DNA of 64,000 bases from Minisyncoccota bacterium (GCA_021734905.1 JAIPIB010000001.1:2230-66229), one strand, 5' to 3'; positions 28,222-37,612 are shown, numbered from the stretch's first letter. The notes: generated from the letters alone by a model not told the origin. A program made the numbers and translations.

Positions 28222-29673
28222 ATGGAGAAAGAAAAATTTTATCTTACGACAACTCTTCCATACGTGAATGCAAGTCCACATATTGGGTTTGCTACAGAAA
28301 TTATTCGTGCTGATGTTATAGCACGGTATCAGAAGGGGCTTGGAAAAGATATCTTTTTCAATACGGGTACTGATGAGCACGGACAAAAGATTTATGATAA
28401 AGCTACTGAGGCAGGTAAAACTCCTCAAGAATATGTCGACGGATACTCAGCTGAATTTCAAAAGATTATTCCTTTACTTGGTATTTCTTCAGATATTCAT
28501 TTTGTTCGTACCACTGATGATCATCATAAAATAGCTGCTCAGGAGATGTGGCGGAGATGTGTTGCAAACGGAGATATTTATAAAGCAAATCATCAAGTTA
28601 AATATTGTAAGGGGTGCGAGCTTGAAAAGACTGATTCAGAGCTTGAAGATGGAAAGTGCCCACTTCACACAACATATGAGATTGAAATTCGTGAAGAGGA
28701 AAATTATTTCTTCAGATTTTCAAAATATCAAGAAGCACTCCTTGAACTCTATAGGAAAAACCCAACGTTTGTTGTTCCTGAGTTCAGACTCAAAGAGATA
28801 ACATCATTTGTTGAAGGGGGCTTGCAGGACTTTAGTGTTTCACGACTCAAGTCAAAAATGTCATGGGGTATTCCAGTCCCCGATGATGAAGACCATGTGA
28901 TGTACGTATGGTTTGATGCGCTTACAAATTACATATCGACGACAGGATGGCCAGAAAAAGAAGATTTTGGCGGTTGGTGGCCGGGGATTCAATTTGCAGG
29001 GAAGGACAACCTCCGACAGCAGAGCGCGGTGTGGCAGGCCATGCTTCTTTCTGCAAAGCTCCCAACCTCAAAACAAATATACATTGGGGGATTCATTAAT
29101 AGCGGGGGACAGAAGATGAGTAAATCACTCGGAAATGTCATTAGTCCTCATGAGCTTGTAGAGCGCTATGGTACCGATGCAACCAGATATCTTCTCCTTC
29201 GACATGTGCATCCATATGAAGATACTGATATTACGTGGGAGCGTCTCGATGAGTGGTACACCGCGAATCTTGTGAATGGTCTGGGAAATCTTACATCACG
29301 AATTTTAAAAATGTCAGAGACTTATTTAGATAAAAGTCCGTATTCTCAAGGAGTTGAAGTTATGAATGCTGTTAGGAATGATACAAAAGAAAGAGAGTTT
29401 GAATACGCACTCAGATCGTTTAATTTACAAGTAGCTATTGATGAAATTTGGAGAATTGTGGGTCAAATTGATTTACAAATTACACATGAGGAACCATTTA
29501 AGGTGGTAAAAGAAGACAAGAAAAAGGCAAAGGAGATGATAGAAGTATATTTATACTACCTTGTTAGAATAGGCCTGCTTGTAGAACCATTTATGCCAGA
29601 GACCTCAAAGACAATCCTTGATGCAATCAAGACAAACAAAAAACCAGAAAATCTATTCCCACGACTTCTGTAA
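28222..29673 (+). CDS. metG: methionine--tRNA ligase (short form)
   Basis: LPYVNASPHIGFATE (HIGH), zinc-knuckle CKGCELEK..CPLH, KMSKSLGNVI. Confidence 0.85.
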   Translation: MEKEKFYLTTTLPYVNASPHIGFATEIIRADVIARYQKGLGKDIFFNTGTDEHGQKIYDKATEAGKTPQEYVDGYSAEFQKIIPLLGISSDIHFVRTTDDHHKIAAQEMWRRCVANGDIYKANHQVKYCKGCELEKTDSELEDGKCPLHTTYEIEIREEENYFFRFSKYQEALLELYRKNPTFVVPEFRLKEITSFVEGGLQDFSVSRLKSKMSWGIPVPDDEDHVMYVWFDALTNYISTTGWPEKEDFGGWWPGIQFAGKDNLRQQSAVWQAMLLSAKLPTSKQIYIGGFINSGGQKMSKSLGNVISPHELVERYGTDATRYLLLRHVHPYEDTDITWERLDEWYTANLVNGLGNLTSRILKMSETYLDKSPYSQGVEVMNAVRNDTKEREFEYALRSFNLQVAIDEIWRIVGQIDLQITHEEPFKVVKEDKKKAKEMIEVYLYYLVRIGLLVEPFMPETSKTILDAIKTNKKPENLFPRLL

Positions 29674-29725
29674 ATTAACCAAGAAACTAGAGCCAAAGAG
29701 AGGAAATGACAGAAAGTACGAGTGT

Positions 29726-29755
29726 AAAAATAGTACGATCGATCGTACTATTTTT
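29726..29755. promoter_or_regulatory. 30-bp perfect palindrome AAAAATAGTACGATC|GATCGTACTATTTTT (overlaps 3' end of TrpR-like gene; also hairpin+T-run after metG)
   Basis: Perfect dyad seen directly; second copy at 30169-30194. Confidence 0.6.
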
Positions 29756-30164
29756 CAGTAAGGAGTTTGGTTACTTTTTTCCATCTCCCTTTGCCACGGG
29801 GTGACATACCGCAATTAATAATAATTTCTAGTGTGTTGCAGATCCGTTCATATTCAATTGTATTTTTCAGTAGTGTCTTTTCGATATAAGCGTAACGCCC
29901 ATCTCTGTAATTGTCACGGATTCTATCTGCGGTTGATGGACTGATTTTGAGTGCATTCCATATCTTGTATGAAGAATCACCACGTACACACATGAGAATC
30001 GCAGTAAGTCTTTTTGAGAGCATGATGTACTCTTCTGTCCCCAAGAGCTCGTCTAAAAATAAAGCAGTTGATGATTTGTTAAGTTTTGCCAAAGAATCAC
30101 TCAATTGGTTTGCGAGTGATTCGAGTTGTTCTTCTTTGAGTGGGGTATGTGATACGTGAGCCAT
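29748..30164 (-). CDS. TrpR/YerC-YecD-like helix-turn-helix DNA-binding protein
   Basis: Pattern ..LLGTEEYIMLSKRLTAILMCVRGDSSYKIWNALKISPSTADRIRDN.. resembles TrpR-family HTH; bracketed by identical palindromes. Confidence 0.5.
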   Translation of the reverse strand: MAHVSHTPLKEEQLESLANQLSDSLAKLNKSSTALFLDELLGTEEYIMLSKRLTAILMCVRGDSSYKIWNALKISPSTADRIRDNYRDGRYAYIEKTLLKNTIEYERICNTLEIIINCGMSPRGKGRWKKVTKLLTEK

Positions 30165-30168
30165 TGTT

Positions 30169-30194
30169 AAATAGTACGATCGATCGTACTATTT
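30169..30194. promoter_or_regulatory. 26-bp perfect palindrome AAATAGTACGATCGATCGTACTATTT, 5 bp upstream of TrpR-like start and 60 bp upstream of divergent tatD (candidate operator)
   Basis: Perfect dyad identical in core to 29726-29755. Confidence 0.6.
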
Positions 30195-30254
30195 TACGAA
30201 CATGCAGAGTGGATATTTTGTGTTGTCTGCGAAAGTGCTATATTGATGTAATTC

Positions 30255-31055
30255 ATGACTGAAAGATTTCGCTATATTGATATTCATACGCATCTCAATC
30301 TTGAGGCTTTTGATAAAGATGGAAAAGAAGTGGGTGAGCGCACTCGAGATACGGGTGTTTCATATATAAATATCGGTACAGGTCTTGAGACTAGTAAAAA
30401 AGCCGTTGTGCTCGCCCATGAAGCAAGTGGTGTATATGCAACTGTAGGAATACATCCAACGCATACGGTAGAAGAAGGTGGAGGTGAAAATTTTACATAT
30501 GACGACCTTATGATTCTTGCAGGCGACGAGAAGGTGGTAGCGATTGGTGAATGTGGGCTTGATTATTTTCGTGTATCAAAAGATGGAAAGGAGATTGAGG
30601 AAGGGGTTTTTATAAAACATATAGAGCTTGCAAATGAATTCAATAAACCGCTCATGCTCCACATTCGCTCGAGTGAGCGGAGTATGGATGCGTATGAGGA
30701 TGCTCTTGGTATTTTGAAAGCACACGCAAAAATTCTCGGTAACGTGCATTTTTTTGCAGGTACGTATGATATCGCAAAACAGTTCTGGGATATTGGTTTT
30801 AGTACTTCGTTTACCGGAGTCATTACTTTTGCAAATCAATATGATGAGGTGATAAGAAATGCGCCACTTAATATGATTCATGCAGAAACCGATGCGCCTT
30901 ATGTTGCACCTGTTCCATACAGAGGGAAGCGTAATGAACCTCTCTTTGTAAAGGAGGTGTATAGGCGCATTGCAGAAATACGGGGTGAGAATGAAGAAGA
31001 AGTTCGGAAGGTTCTCGTAGAGAACGCAAAAAAGTTATTTAATATAGAATTTTAG
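30255..31055 (+). CDS. tatD: TatD-family metal-dependent hydrolase (DNase)
   Basis: IDIHTHL.. start, conserved His/Glu/Asp pattern of TatD. Confidence 0.85.
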   Translation: MTERFRYIDIHTHLNLEAFDKDGKEVGERTRDTGVSYINIGTGLETSKKAVVLAHEASGVYATVGIHPTHTVEEGGGENFTYDDLMILAGDEKVVAIGECGLDYFRVSKDGKEIEEGVFIKHIELANEFNKPLMLHIRSSERSMDAYEDALGILKAHAKILGNVHFFAGTYDIAKQFWDIGFSTSFTGVITFANQYDEVIRNAPLNMIHAETDAPYVAPVPYRGKRNEPLFVKEVYRRIAEIRGENEEEVRKVLVENAKKLFNIEF

Positions 31056-31100
31056 AATATCAATTTTGTGGAGTGTGTCATCGAAACGATTTAAGGAAAT

Positions 31101-31137
31101 AAAAAAATCGCCCAAGACCATGATGGTCTTGGGCGAT
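31101..31137 (-). terminator. intrinsic terminator for GGDEF gene (12-bp perfect stem tcgcccaagacc/ggtcttgggcga, A-run on + = T-run on -)
   Basis: seen in sequence. Confidence 0.7.
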
Positions 31138-31151
31138 CAGGATTGACCTAC

Positions 31152-31733
31152 TTAATCTTTTTCAGAGTGAAAGACGATACAGTTGCGTCCATTCTGTTTG
31201 GCGGAGTAAAGTGAAACATCTGCACGTTTGAAAAATGTCTGGGCAGTATCATCTTTCTGCAGTTCCGTGATGCCAAAACTGCAGGTCAGCTTAATGTCAC
31301 TGTCGATTTGTGTGACTCCATTTCGCAGGCGCTCAAAATAAAGTTGAGCACCTTCCGTTGTCGAATTTTTGAGAAGTATTACAAACTCCTCTCCACCCCA
31401 CCTTCCGACAAAATCTGTCTCTCGACACATGCGGTTGAGAAATGTTCCAAGGAGCTGAAGAACTCTATTGCCTGCATCATGCCCAAAGGTGTCATTGAAC
31501 TCCTTGAAGTGATCAATGTCGATAAGCGCAAGTGTAAGGGAACCCCCGTGTCTTTTCGAGTATGCAATATCACGGTGGACCCTCTCTTTGTAGGCTCTTG
31601 CGTTAGGAAGTCCGGTTAGTTCATCCGTGAATGCCCACTTCTTTGCCTGGTTATATTTTTTGTATCCACGCGCTCTCCTTCGTTTGTACTCCGCTGCACA
31701 GTTTTTGCAGGGAAAGGTGGTATGTTTACTCAC
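31152..31733 (-). CDS. stand-alone GGDEF-domain diguanylate cyclase with intact A-site (GGEEF) and I-site (RETD)
   Basis: RWGGEEFVIL preceded by RETD five residues upstream; DIDHFKEFND; short basic N-terminus with CKNC. Confidence 0.8.
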   Translation of the reverse strand: MSKHTTFPCKNCAAEYKRRRARGYKKYNQAKKWAFTDELTGLPNARAYKERVHRDIAYSKRHGGSLTLALIDIDHFKEFNDTFGHDAGNRVLQLLGTFLNRMCRETDFVGRWGGEEFVILLKNSTTEGAQLYFERLRNGVTQIDSDIKLTCSFGITELQKDDTAQTFFKRADVSLYSAKQNGRNCIVFHSEKD

Positions 31734-31802
31734 GAGAACCTCCTGTAGTTGTAATATGAGGAACGTAAAAACTCTACTTACAATCTGACACAGAGTGTTT
31801 GA

Positions 31803-32729
31803 CTAGTCAAATAACGAAATCAAGTATGCATCGATTTCTCGTTGGCTGAGATCGTAGAAATATTTGTTGTCACGATTAAGATCTCGCGCAAGATCTGTGC
31901 CAACGAAACGCCAATGCCATGGTTCAAAAACATAGTATGTGTTGTCTTTGGGATAGGAAAGAGCGAAGCCGTATCGGTATGCGTTTTTTAGAAGCCAGGC
32001 GTACGCCTTTGTCGTCTCAAAATCGTAAAGGGTTCCGTTGATTTCAGTTGTTGTGAAATCTATCGTCGTTCCGAGTTGATGTTCCGAATACCCTTGGTCA
32101 GCCGAAAAACTGTTTGCACCTGTTCCGTACTGGACGGAGTATCCATTTTTTAGACTTCCTTGCTCGTCGAAAGAACGGTAAGCAGATGCTACAAGGAGGC
32201 TGATTCCGTCACGATCTGCTCGTTTAAGAAGATCAGTAAGGAACGGGGCTACTTTTTCATGGATAAAAAGAGATGTATTACCATCCCGACGAAATTCTTT
32301 TGGTATTTCAAGTACGACTCCTGGCATGTAATTTTCATTCAGGAAGTATATTTTGGAATATTTCTGGAGAAGTTGCGGATCGGTCTTGGAGAGCTTGTCG
32401 AGAAGTCCGACCGTCCCCGAGATACCAGTAATTTGGTCTTCAAATTCCTGATTACGCTCCTTTTCTGCTTTAAGTAATCCAAGAAGTTCGCTACCATTTT
32501 CTTCCGAAAGAGCGAATTCTTGTTTGATAATTTCAATAATTGCTTCAAGGTTTGATGCCCGTTCTTTTTCAGTAGAAAGAGTTTCTTTGGTTGCCTCGAG
32601 TTCTGTTCCTCGTGCTGTATAAGCATCTTTGAGTTTTGTGAGATTGTTATAACCGTAAAATAAAAGCCCAACTAAGATGACAATAAGTAGTAAGCTGCCA
32701 TACACATATGTCTTCGCGTGTTTCTCCAT
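31803..32729 (-). CDS. D-alanyl-D-alanine carboxypeptidase, VanY/peptidase M15 family, membrane anchored with coiled coil
   Basis: SEHQLGTTIDF and EPWHWRF zinc-ligand motifs of M15B; N-terminal TM. Confidence 0.7.
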   Translation of the reverse strand: MEKHAKTYVYGSLLLIVILVGLLFYGYNNLTKLKDAYTARGTELEATKETLSTEKERASNLEAIIEIIKQEFALSEENGSELLGLLKAEKERNQEFEDQITGISGTVGLLDKLSKTDPQLLQKYSKIYFLNENYMPGVVLEIPKEFRRDGNTSLFIHEKVAPFLTDLLKRADRDGISLLVASAYRSFDEQGSLKNGYSVQYGTGANSFSADQGYSEHQLGTTIDFTTTEINGTLYDFETTKAYAWLLKNAYRYGFALSYPKDNTYYVFEPWHWRFVGTDLARDLNRDNKYFYDLSQREIDAYLISLFD

Positions 32730-32813
32730 ATCCTAAAGAGTTTACCACGGTATTGAAAATATGACATATCTATGGTACGGTATCGCCATATTATAAGGTA
32801 ACGACAATAGTAA

Positions 32814-33362
32814 ATGTCAGAAACAACAATGCCAGCAGCCGAGGCGACAGATGTAGCATTCGATGAACGAAACAGCTACGAATTCGCCTTCCACGTACTT
32901 CCAACGGTTGCTGAGGGGGAAGTAGCAGGTGCCTTTGATGAAATCAAAGCGCATATTGCGAAAAACGCAGAGATCACAAGTGAAGAGGCCCCAGAACGAG
33001 TAGACCTTGCGTATCCCATAGTAAAATCTATGGAAGGTAAGAATCGAAAGTTCACGAGTTCCTACTTTGGGTGGGTTCGGTTTAAAATGGATGGCGAAAA
33101 GGTTAATGAACTCACTGAAGAGTTTTCTGGAATTCAAACAAATCTTCGTCACTTACTTATTAAACTTACAGCACAAGAGGAAATACATCCTTTTCGTTTT
33201 CATGAAAACCGAAAGTCAGTAAAAATGGTTGAGGTTGTAAAGGACGATAGTGATACTCTCGGGGAAATTCAGACAGAAACAGAGGAAAGTGCCGAGGTGT
33301 CAGAGGAAGCCCTTGATGAGTCATTGGAGAAAATCACCCACGAGGAAGAAAAAGTTGCATAG
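32814..33362 (+). CDS. rpsF: 30S ribosomal protein S6 with acidic C-terminal tail
   Basis: YEFAFHVLP..RVDLAYPI..SSYFGWVRF pattern of S6; rpsF-ssb-rpsR synteny; start uncertain (32814 or 32829). Confidence 0.7.
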   Translation: MSETTMPAAEATDVAFDERNSYEFAFHVLPTVAEGEVAGAFDEIKAHIAKNAEITSEEAPERVDLAYPIVKSMEGKNRKFTSSYFGWVRFKMDGEKVNELTEEFSGIQTNLRHLLIKLTAQEEIHPFRFHENRKSVKMVEVVKDDSDTLGEIQTETEESAEVSEEALDESLEKITHEEEKVA

Positions 33363-33495
33363 TATTGTATAGTTGAAGTAGTGGAACATTACAAAAGATA
33401 GATGAGATGAGTGTCGGAGCTTAGTTTGTCAAGAAAAAGTATTTCAGGATAACAGAGTTTTTCTCACTCGTTTCACTCGTAATAAAAACATAAGT

Positions 33496-33939
33496 ATGTA
33501 CCTTAACAAAGCAATGATTTTCGGAAATTTGACCCGTGATCCAGAACTCAAAGCACTTCCAAGCGGAATTCAAGTATGCTCATTTAGTCTAGCGACGAAT
33601 CGTGTCTATAAAGATCGTGATGGTAAGCGAGCAGAGCAAACTGATTATCATAATGTCGTTGTTTTTGGTCGACAGGCTGAAACAAGCGCACAGTATCTCA
33701 AGAAGGGGGCTAGCGCATATATAGAAGGACGTCTCCAAACACGGAGTTGGGATGCTGAAGGGACAAAACACTACAGAACCGAAATTATTGCTGATCGAGT
33801 ACAGTTTGGTCCACGTACTGGAGGTGCTCCAAGTAGCGAGACACAACAACAGGGAAATGCAAACAACGCAGCGCCTGCGGCGGGGAATGCACCTGAATAT
33901 CCAGAAGAAGACATTAATCCTGAAGACATCCCGTTCTAG
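33496..33939 (+). CDS. ssb: single-stranded DNA-binding protein
   Basis: OB-fold SSB N-terminus, Gly/Asn/Ala-rich linker, C-terminal DIPF. Confidence 0.9.
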   Translation: MYLNKAMIFGNLTRDPELKALPSGIQVCSFSLATNRVYKDRDGKRAEQTDYHNVVVFGRQAETSAQYLKKGASAYIEGRLQTRSWDAEGTKHYRTEIIADRVQFGPRTGGAPSSETQQQGNANNAAPAAGNAPEYPEEDINPEDIPF

Positions 33940-33994
33940 AGCTAGTCATCGGACTTTAAACTTAAACAAATTATTATAGGAATTAAATAGATCT

Positions 33995-34195
33995 ATGGTG
34001 GAAAAGAAAACAAAAACAACGAATGTTGAGCATTATGATTACAAGGATGTTGTACGACTCCTTGCCCATATGAATCCACATTCACGTATGTTCAATCGAA
34101 GACGAACAGGGCACACAGCACATGAGCAACGAACGTTTGCGCAAGCAGTGAAGCGAGCACGTTTCATGGCACTTGTGCCGTACGTTTCAGAATGA
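33995..34195 (+). CDS. rpsR: 30S ribosomal protein S18
   Basis: ..RRRTGHTAHEQRTFAQAVKRARFMALVPYV canonical S18; not followed by rplI. Confidence 0.85.
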   Translation: MVEKKTKTTNVEHYDYKDVVRLLAHMNPHSRMFNRRRTGHTAHEQRTFAQAVKRARFMALVPYVSE

Positions 34196-34210
34196 CCAGA
34201 AAATAAAGAG

Positions 34211-34279
34211 CATAGCGACTATATTTTCTGAGTCTGTCATAAAATTCTATTCATTATGAATTTTAGGACGAACAGACTC
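34211..34279 (+). repeat. REP-like element (5' box agcgactatattttctgag + hairpin with TATTCATTATG loop)
   Basis: outer stem gagtctgt/acagactc, inner aaaattc/gaatttt; near-identical architecture to 47800-47866. Confidence 0.65.
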
Positions 34280-34317
34280 CAACGTGCACAAAGTTTAGCG
34301 TGGTGCGGAGATGGAAT

Positions 34318-34354
34318 ATAAAAAAACCGCGAGCCTCTGGCTCTGGGTTTTTTT
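34318..34354. terminator. bidirectional terminator-like hairpin flanked by A-run and T-run between rpsR and efp
   Basis: aaaaaaccgcgagcctctggctctgggttttttt. Confidence 0.5.
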
Positions 34355-34473
34355 ATATGTCCCATTAGAGTCAAGTTGCTAAGTAAAATTTTCACTACGT
34401 GCAAATTCCTATTAAACACTTCGCTCTGGTTTATAAGACGTTAAAACCGTCTTAGGGTGCTGTTTTTAACGTC

Positions 34474-35049
34474 TTATGCCTTTTCGACTCTCTCTGTATA
34501 CTCACCTAGTTCAGTATTCACTCGGATTACGTCTCCTTCGTTGATAAACATCGGCACCTGAATTGTCGCCCCAGTTTCAAGGATGACCTCTTTTGTTGCT
34601 CCAGATGAAGTATTTCCTTTGACCGCTGGAGCAGCTTCCTTTACTTTAAGCTCAACTTTTACAGGGATTTTGATACTGATGATTCGATCTTCAAAGAGAA
34701 GAGCATCAATGACCGTGCGAGGCTTGAGGTATTGTATTTCGTCACCTACAACATCTTCTGGAAGCGCAAATCGCTCACTTGGTTTACCAGGGGTGTTAAA
34801 CCAGTATTCGCCTTTACTCTCATAAATAAATTCAACTGGTTTTGTTTCAATGTCAGCCTCGTTAGCAGTCTCATTTGCATGGAAGGTTTGTTCAGCCACA
34901 CGGCCTGAAACAAGACTCTTCAGTTTTGTTACGTTGACAGGCTTTCTTTGTTGTTTTCGAAAGACATGGGAAGAGAGAACAATAAAGGGCTCATTGTCCC
35001 AAATGATGACTTTCTTAATGGAAATTTCGTTGTATGAGAGGACGGACAT
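34474..35049 (-). CDS. efp: elongation factor P
   Basis: canonical EF-P length and motifs (..KPVNVTKLKSLVSG..). Confidence 0.9.
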   Translation of the reverse strand: MSVLSYNEISIKKVIIWDNEPFIVLSSHVFRKQQRKPVNVTKLKSLVSGRVAEQTFHANETANEADIETKPVEFIYESKGEYWFNTPGKPSERFALPEDVVGDEIQYLKPRTVIDALLFEDRIISIKIPVKVELKVKEAAPAVKGNTSSGATKEVILETGATIQVPMFINEGDVIRVNTELGEYTERVEKA

Positions 35050-35154
35050 AACTTTTTTAGTGTATACTATGGTTAATTATTTATAGAAACATTCAAATAT
35101 CGACCATGGTTGATGTTTGAATATGTGTTAAGAGCGCGTGAATAGTATCAGGAT

Positions 35155-35733
35155 ATGTTTGGACTTACAACTGGTGATAATATAAAGAACCTTACCGACG
35201 AAGAAATTCTTGCCCGAGTGCAAGTCGAACCGTGGCTTTTTACTGCAATTCTTGAACGGTATCAGGCAGCTTTTTTACGTAAGTCAAAATCAATAATTTT
35301 CAATGAACAGGATGCAGAAGAAGTTGTACAAGATGCGTTTACAAAGATTTATATAAATGCTCATAAATTTGAAGTACGTGAAGGTGCGAAGTTTTCATCG
35401 TGGGCGTACACGATTCTTGTGAATACAGCACTGACGCGCTATCAGAAATGTGTGAAGGAGGGGAAGCGGACACTCTTGCTTGATCCTGAGTATATGGAAC
35501 TCATCGGTGACATTCGTGAACATTCAGGTTTTGATCATGATAAGGATGCGATAGAACGTATTCTTGTTAATCTTCCTGGTCATTTTGCACGGGTGTTGAG
35601 ATTACACTATCTTGAGCACTGGTCCCATAAGGATATCGCAAACGAAAGCGGAGAAAGTGTCGGAGCTATTAAGGCTCGAATTCATAGAGCAAAGGCAGAA
35701 TTCAGGAAGGAGGCCAAAAATCAAGGAGTATAA
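35155..35733 (+). CDS. ECF-type RNA polymerase sigma factor
   Basis: sigma-70 region 2 (EEVVQDAFTKIY..FSSWAYTILVN) and region 4 HTH (WSHKDIANESGESVGAIKARIHRA). Confidence 0.8.
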   Translation: MFGLTTGDNIKNLTDEEILARVQVEPWLFTAILERYQAAFLRKSKSIIFNEQDAEEVVQDAFTKIYINAHKFEVREGAKFSSWAYTILVNTALTRYQKCVKEGKRTLLLDPEYMELIGDIREHSGFDHDKDAIERILVNLPGHFARVLRLHYLEHWSHKDIANESGESVGAIKARIHRAKAEFRKEAKNQGV

Positions 35734-35876
35734 GACCGTAGCTTCTCGTCTGTCTCCTTTTTCTTTTACAAAGAAGAAAAAGCGACAAGGTGAAAGACTT
35801 TCCCTTGTGAAGTAATTTAACGAAACTTTTCTATATAGTACGAGGTTATACAAAAGATCAATATAAGAATATCTAT

Positions 35877-36194
35877 ATGAAAACATTACAGCGAAAAATA
35901 ATGAGGGGAATCTACTATGCATACGCACTCAGGTTAGCGAGTCTTCCGGGAGTGTTCCATGGTTTTGTTATGCTTGGAATCATGATTGCTCTTACACATT
36001 TTGTTTCTATCGGAAACGTAATTGAAAATCTCTCGAATATTCAGTTGAGTCACGTTGGTACGTTTGTCTACAATGCAATCAGTACGACTGAATTATGGAC
36101 GCTTATCCTTATTGGGATGTTTGTGTTTCTCTCACTATCTCTTCGATTTAGTCTTGAGCCAAAGAGGGGAGGTTATACATTCATTCGAGCGTAA
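35877..36194 (+). CDS. small membrane protein downstream of ECF sigma (candidate anti-sigma factor)
   Basis: 3 predicted TM helices; position only. Confidence 0.3.
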   Translation: MKTLQRKIMRGIYYAYALRLASLPGVFHGFVMLGIMIALTHFVSIGNVIENLSNIQLSHVGTFVYNAISTTELWTLILIGMFVFLSLSLRFSLEPKRGGYTFIRA

Positions 36195-36204
36195 AAGAAG
36201 TAAT

Positions 36205-36241
36205 AAAACACCCGCGGCCCTTTGGGCCGCGGGTGTTTTAT
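36205..36241. terminator. bidirectional intrinsic terminator (acacccgcggcc-cttt-gggccgcgggtgt) between convergent genes and recA
   Basis: perfect 12-bp GC-rich stem with A/T runs both sides. Confidence 0.8.
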
Positions 36242-36252
36242 TTATTGAGAAC

Positions 36253-37347
36253 TTATACCACTTCCTTCAATGATTTTTTTACGAGCTTCAGTACTTCATT
36301 CATGAGTTTTGCATCCCCACGAAGTGTCGTCCTTGCTGCGTCGTATCCTCTTCCGAGTTTCACTTCTGTACTAGCGTCTCCACCAGGAGGGAGGTATGTG
36401 TACGAAGATCCCGATTTTTTTATAAAGCCAAATTTTTCTCCAAGAGCGAGAAGCTCTCCTTCTCGACTAATTCCTTCGTTATAGATAAGGTCGAATTCAG
36501 TTGTCTTGAAAGGCGCAGCAACTTTATTTTTAACTACCTTTACACGATGACGACCTCCGACTACCTCGTCGCCCTTTTTGATTTGAGCTATTCGTCGAAT
36601 GTCTAGACGAACGGATGTGTAAAATTTAAGTGCCTTTCCTCCGGGTGTTGTTTCTGGATTCCCAAACATCACACCAATTTGCATACGTATTTGGTTGATG
36701 AAAATAACAATAGTTTTTGATTTCGCAACGATTGAAGTAAGTTTTCGAAGAGCCTGACTCATGAGTCGAGCCTGTTTTCCAACATGATGTGCACCCATCT
36801 CACCTTCAATTTCATCACGAGGAGTAAGCGCAGCAACTGAGTCAATGACAATTATGTCAATTTTACCGGAACGAACAAGCGATTCAACAATTTCTAGAGC
36901 TTGTTCGCCGTTGTCGGGTTGTGAGATGAGGAGTTCATCAAGCTTCACACCGAGATTTTGTGTGTATATAGGATCCATTGCATGTTCAGCATCAATAAAT
37001 GCACAGATACCACCAAGTTTTTGTGCCTCAGCAATTGCATGAAGAGAGAGGGTGGTTTTTCCTGAAGATTCAGGTCCATATATCTCAATAATTCGACCTC
37101 GCGGGAAGCCGCCAATACCGAGAGCCTCATCAAGACCTATGGATCCAGTCGAGACAGCATCAACGTCTACTTTTCGTGTGCTACCAAGCGTCATGATTGC
37201 CTCGTCTCCAAATTTTGTCTTAATGCTCCTTAATGTCTCTGCAATACCAGCCATGCCTTCCTTTACAGCATCGTCAGGACTCATATTTTTCGAAACTTCT
37301 TCTTTGGGTAAAACTTTTGGCTTTAATTCTTTCTTTTTTGCTGGCAT
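36253..37347 (-). CDS. recA: recombinase RecA
   Basis: Walker [12 protein letters not shown]1/L2 loop regions, full-length RecA. Confidence 0.95.
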   Translation of the reverse strand: MPAKKKELKPKVLPKEEVSKNMSPDDAVKEGMAGIAETLRSIKTKFGDEAIMTLGSTRKVDVDAVSTGSIGLDEALGIGGFPRGRIIEIYGPESSGKTTLSLHAIAEAQKLGGICAFIDAEHAMDPIYTQNLGVKLDELLISQPDNGEQALEIVESLVRSGKIDIIVIDSVAALTPRDEIEGEMGAHHVGKQARLMSQALRKLTSIVAKSKTIVIFINQIRMQIGVMFGNPETTPGGKALKFYTSVRLDIRRIAQIKKGDEVVGGRHRVKVVKNKVAAPFKTTEFDLIYNEGISREGELLALGEKFGFIKKSGSSYTYLPPGGDASTEVKLGRGYDAARTTLRGDAKLMNEVLKLVKKSLKEVV

Positions 37348-37360
37348 GCTTAGATTTTGT

Positions 37361-37562
37361 TACGAACGCAGTGAGTTAGAAAATCTTAGCTGTCGGAAAA
37401 TACTATTCATAATGTATTTTAACGACGAACGAAGTCAAACTACCACTTCACTTGTTCTTGATAATACACTGATAATTATACAGTACGAACGCAGTGAGTT
37501 AGAAAATCTTAGCTGTCGGAAAATACTATTCATAATGTATTTTAACGACGAACGAAGTCAAA
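37361..37562. repeat. two ~80-bp direct repeats (37361-37440, 37484-37562) in recA upstream region; each contains TATTCATAATG hairpin and a segment homologous to rplL leader
   Basis: units identical over ~79 nt; reverse complement reads ..cagctaagattttctaactcactgcgttcgtaacaaaatctaagcATG (recA start), cf. 48518-48575. Confidence 0.75.
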
Positions 37563-37612
37563 ACTCGTGCGTTTCTCTATTTATAATTCTAATTAAGTAT
37601 ACTACATTGATT

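Noticed and set aside
34431-34479. Inverted repeat taagacgttaaaa / ttttaacgtctta overlapping efp stop as efp terminator
   Set aside because: The hairpin is real but is not followed by a T-run on the minus strand. The function is unclear, so it is not annotated as a terminator.
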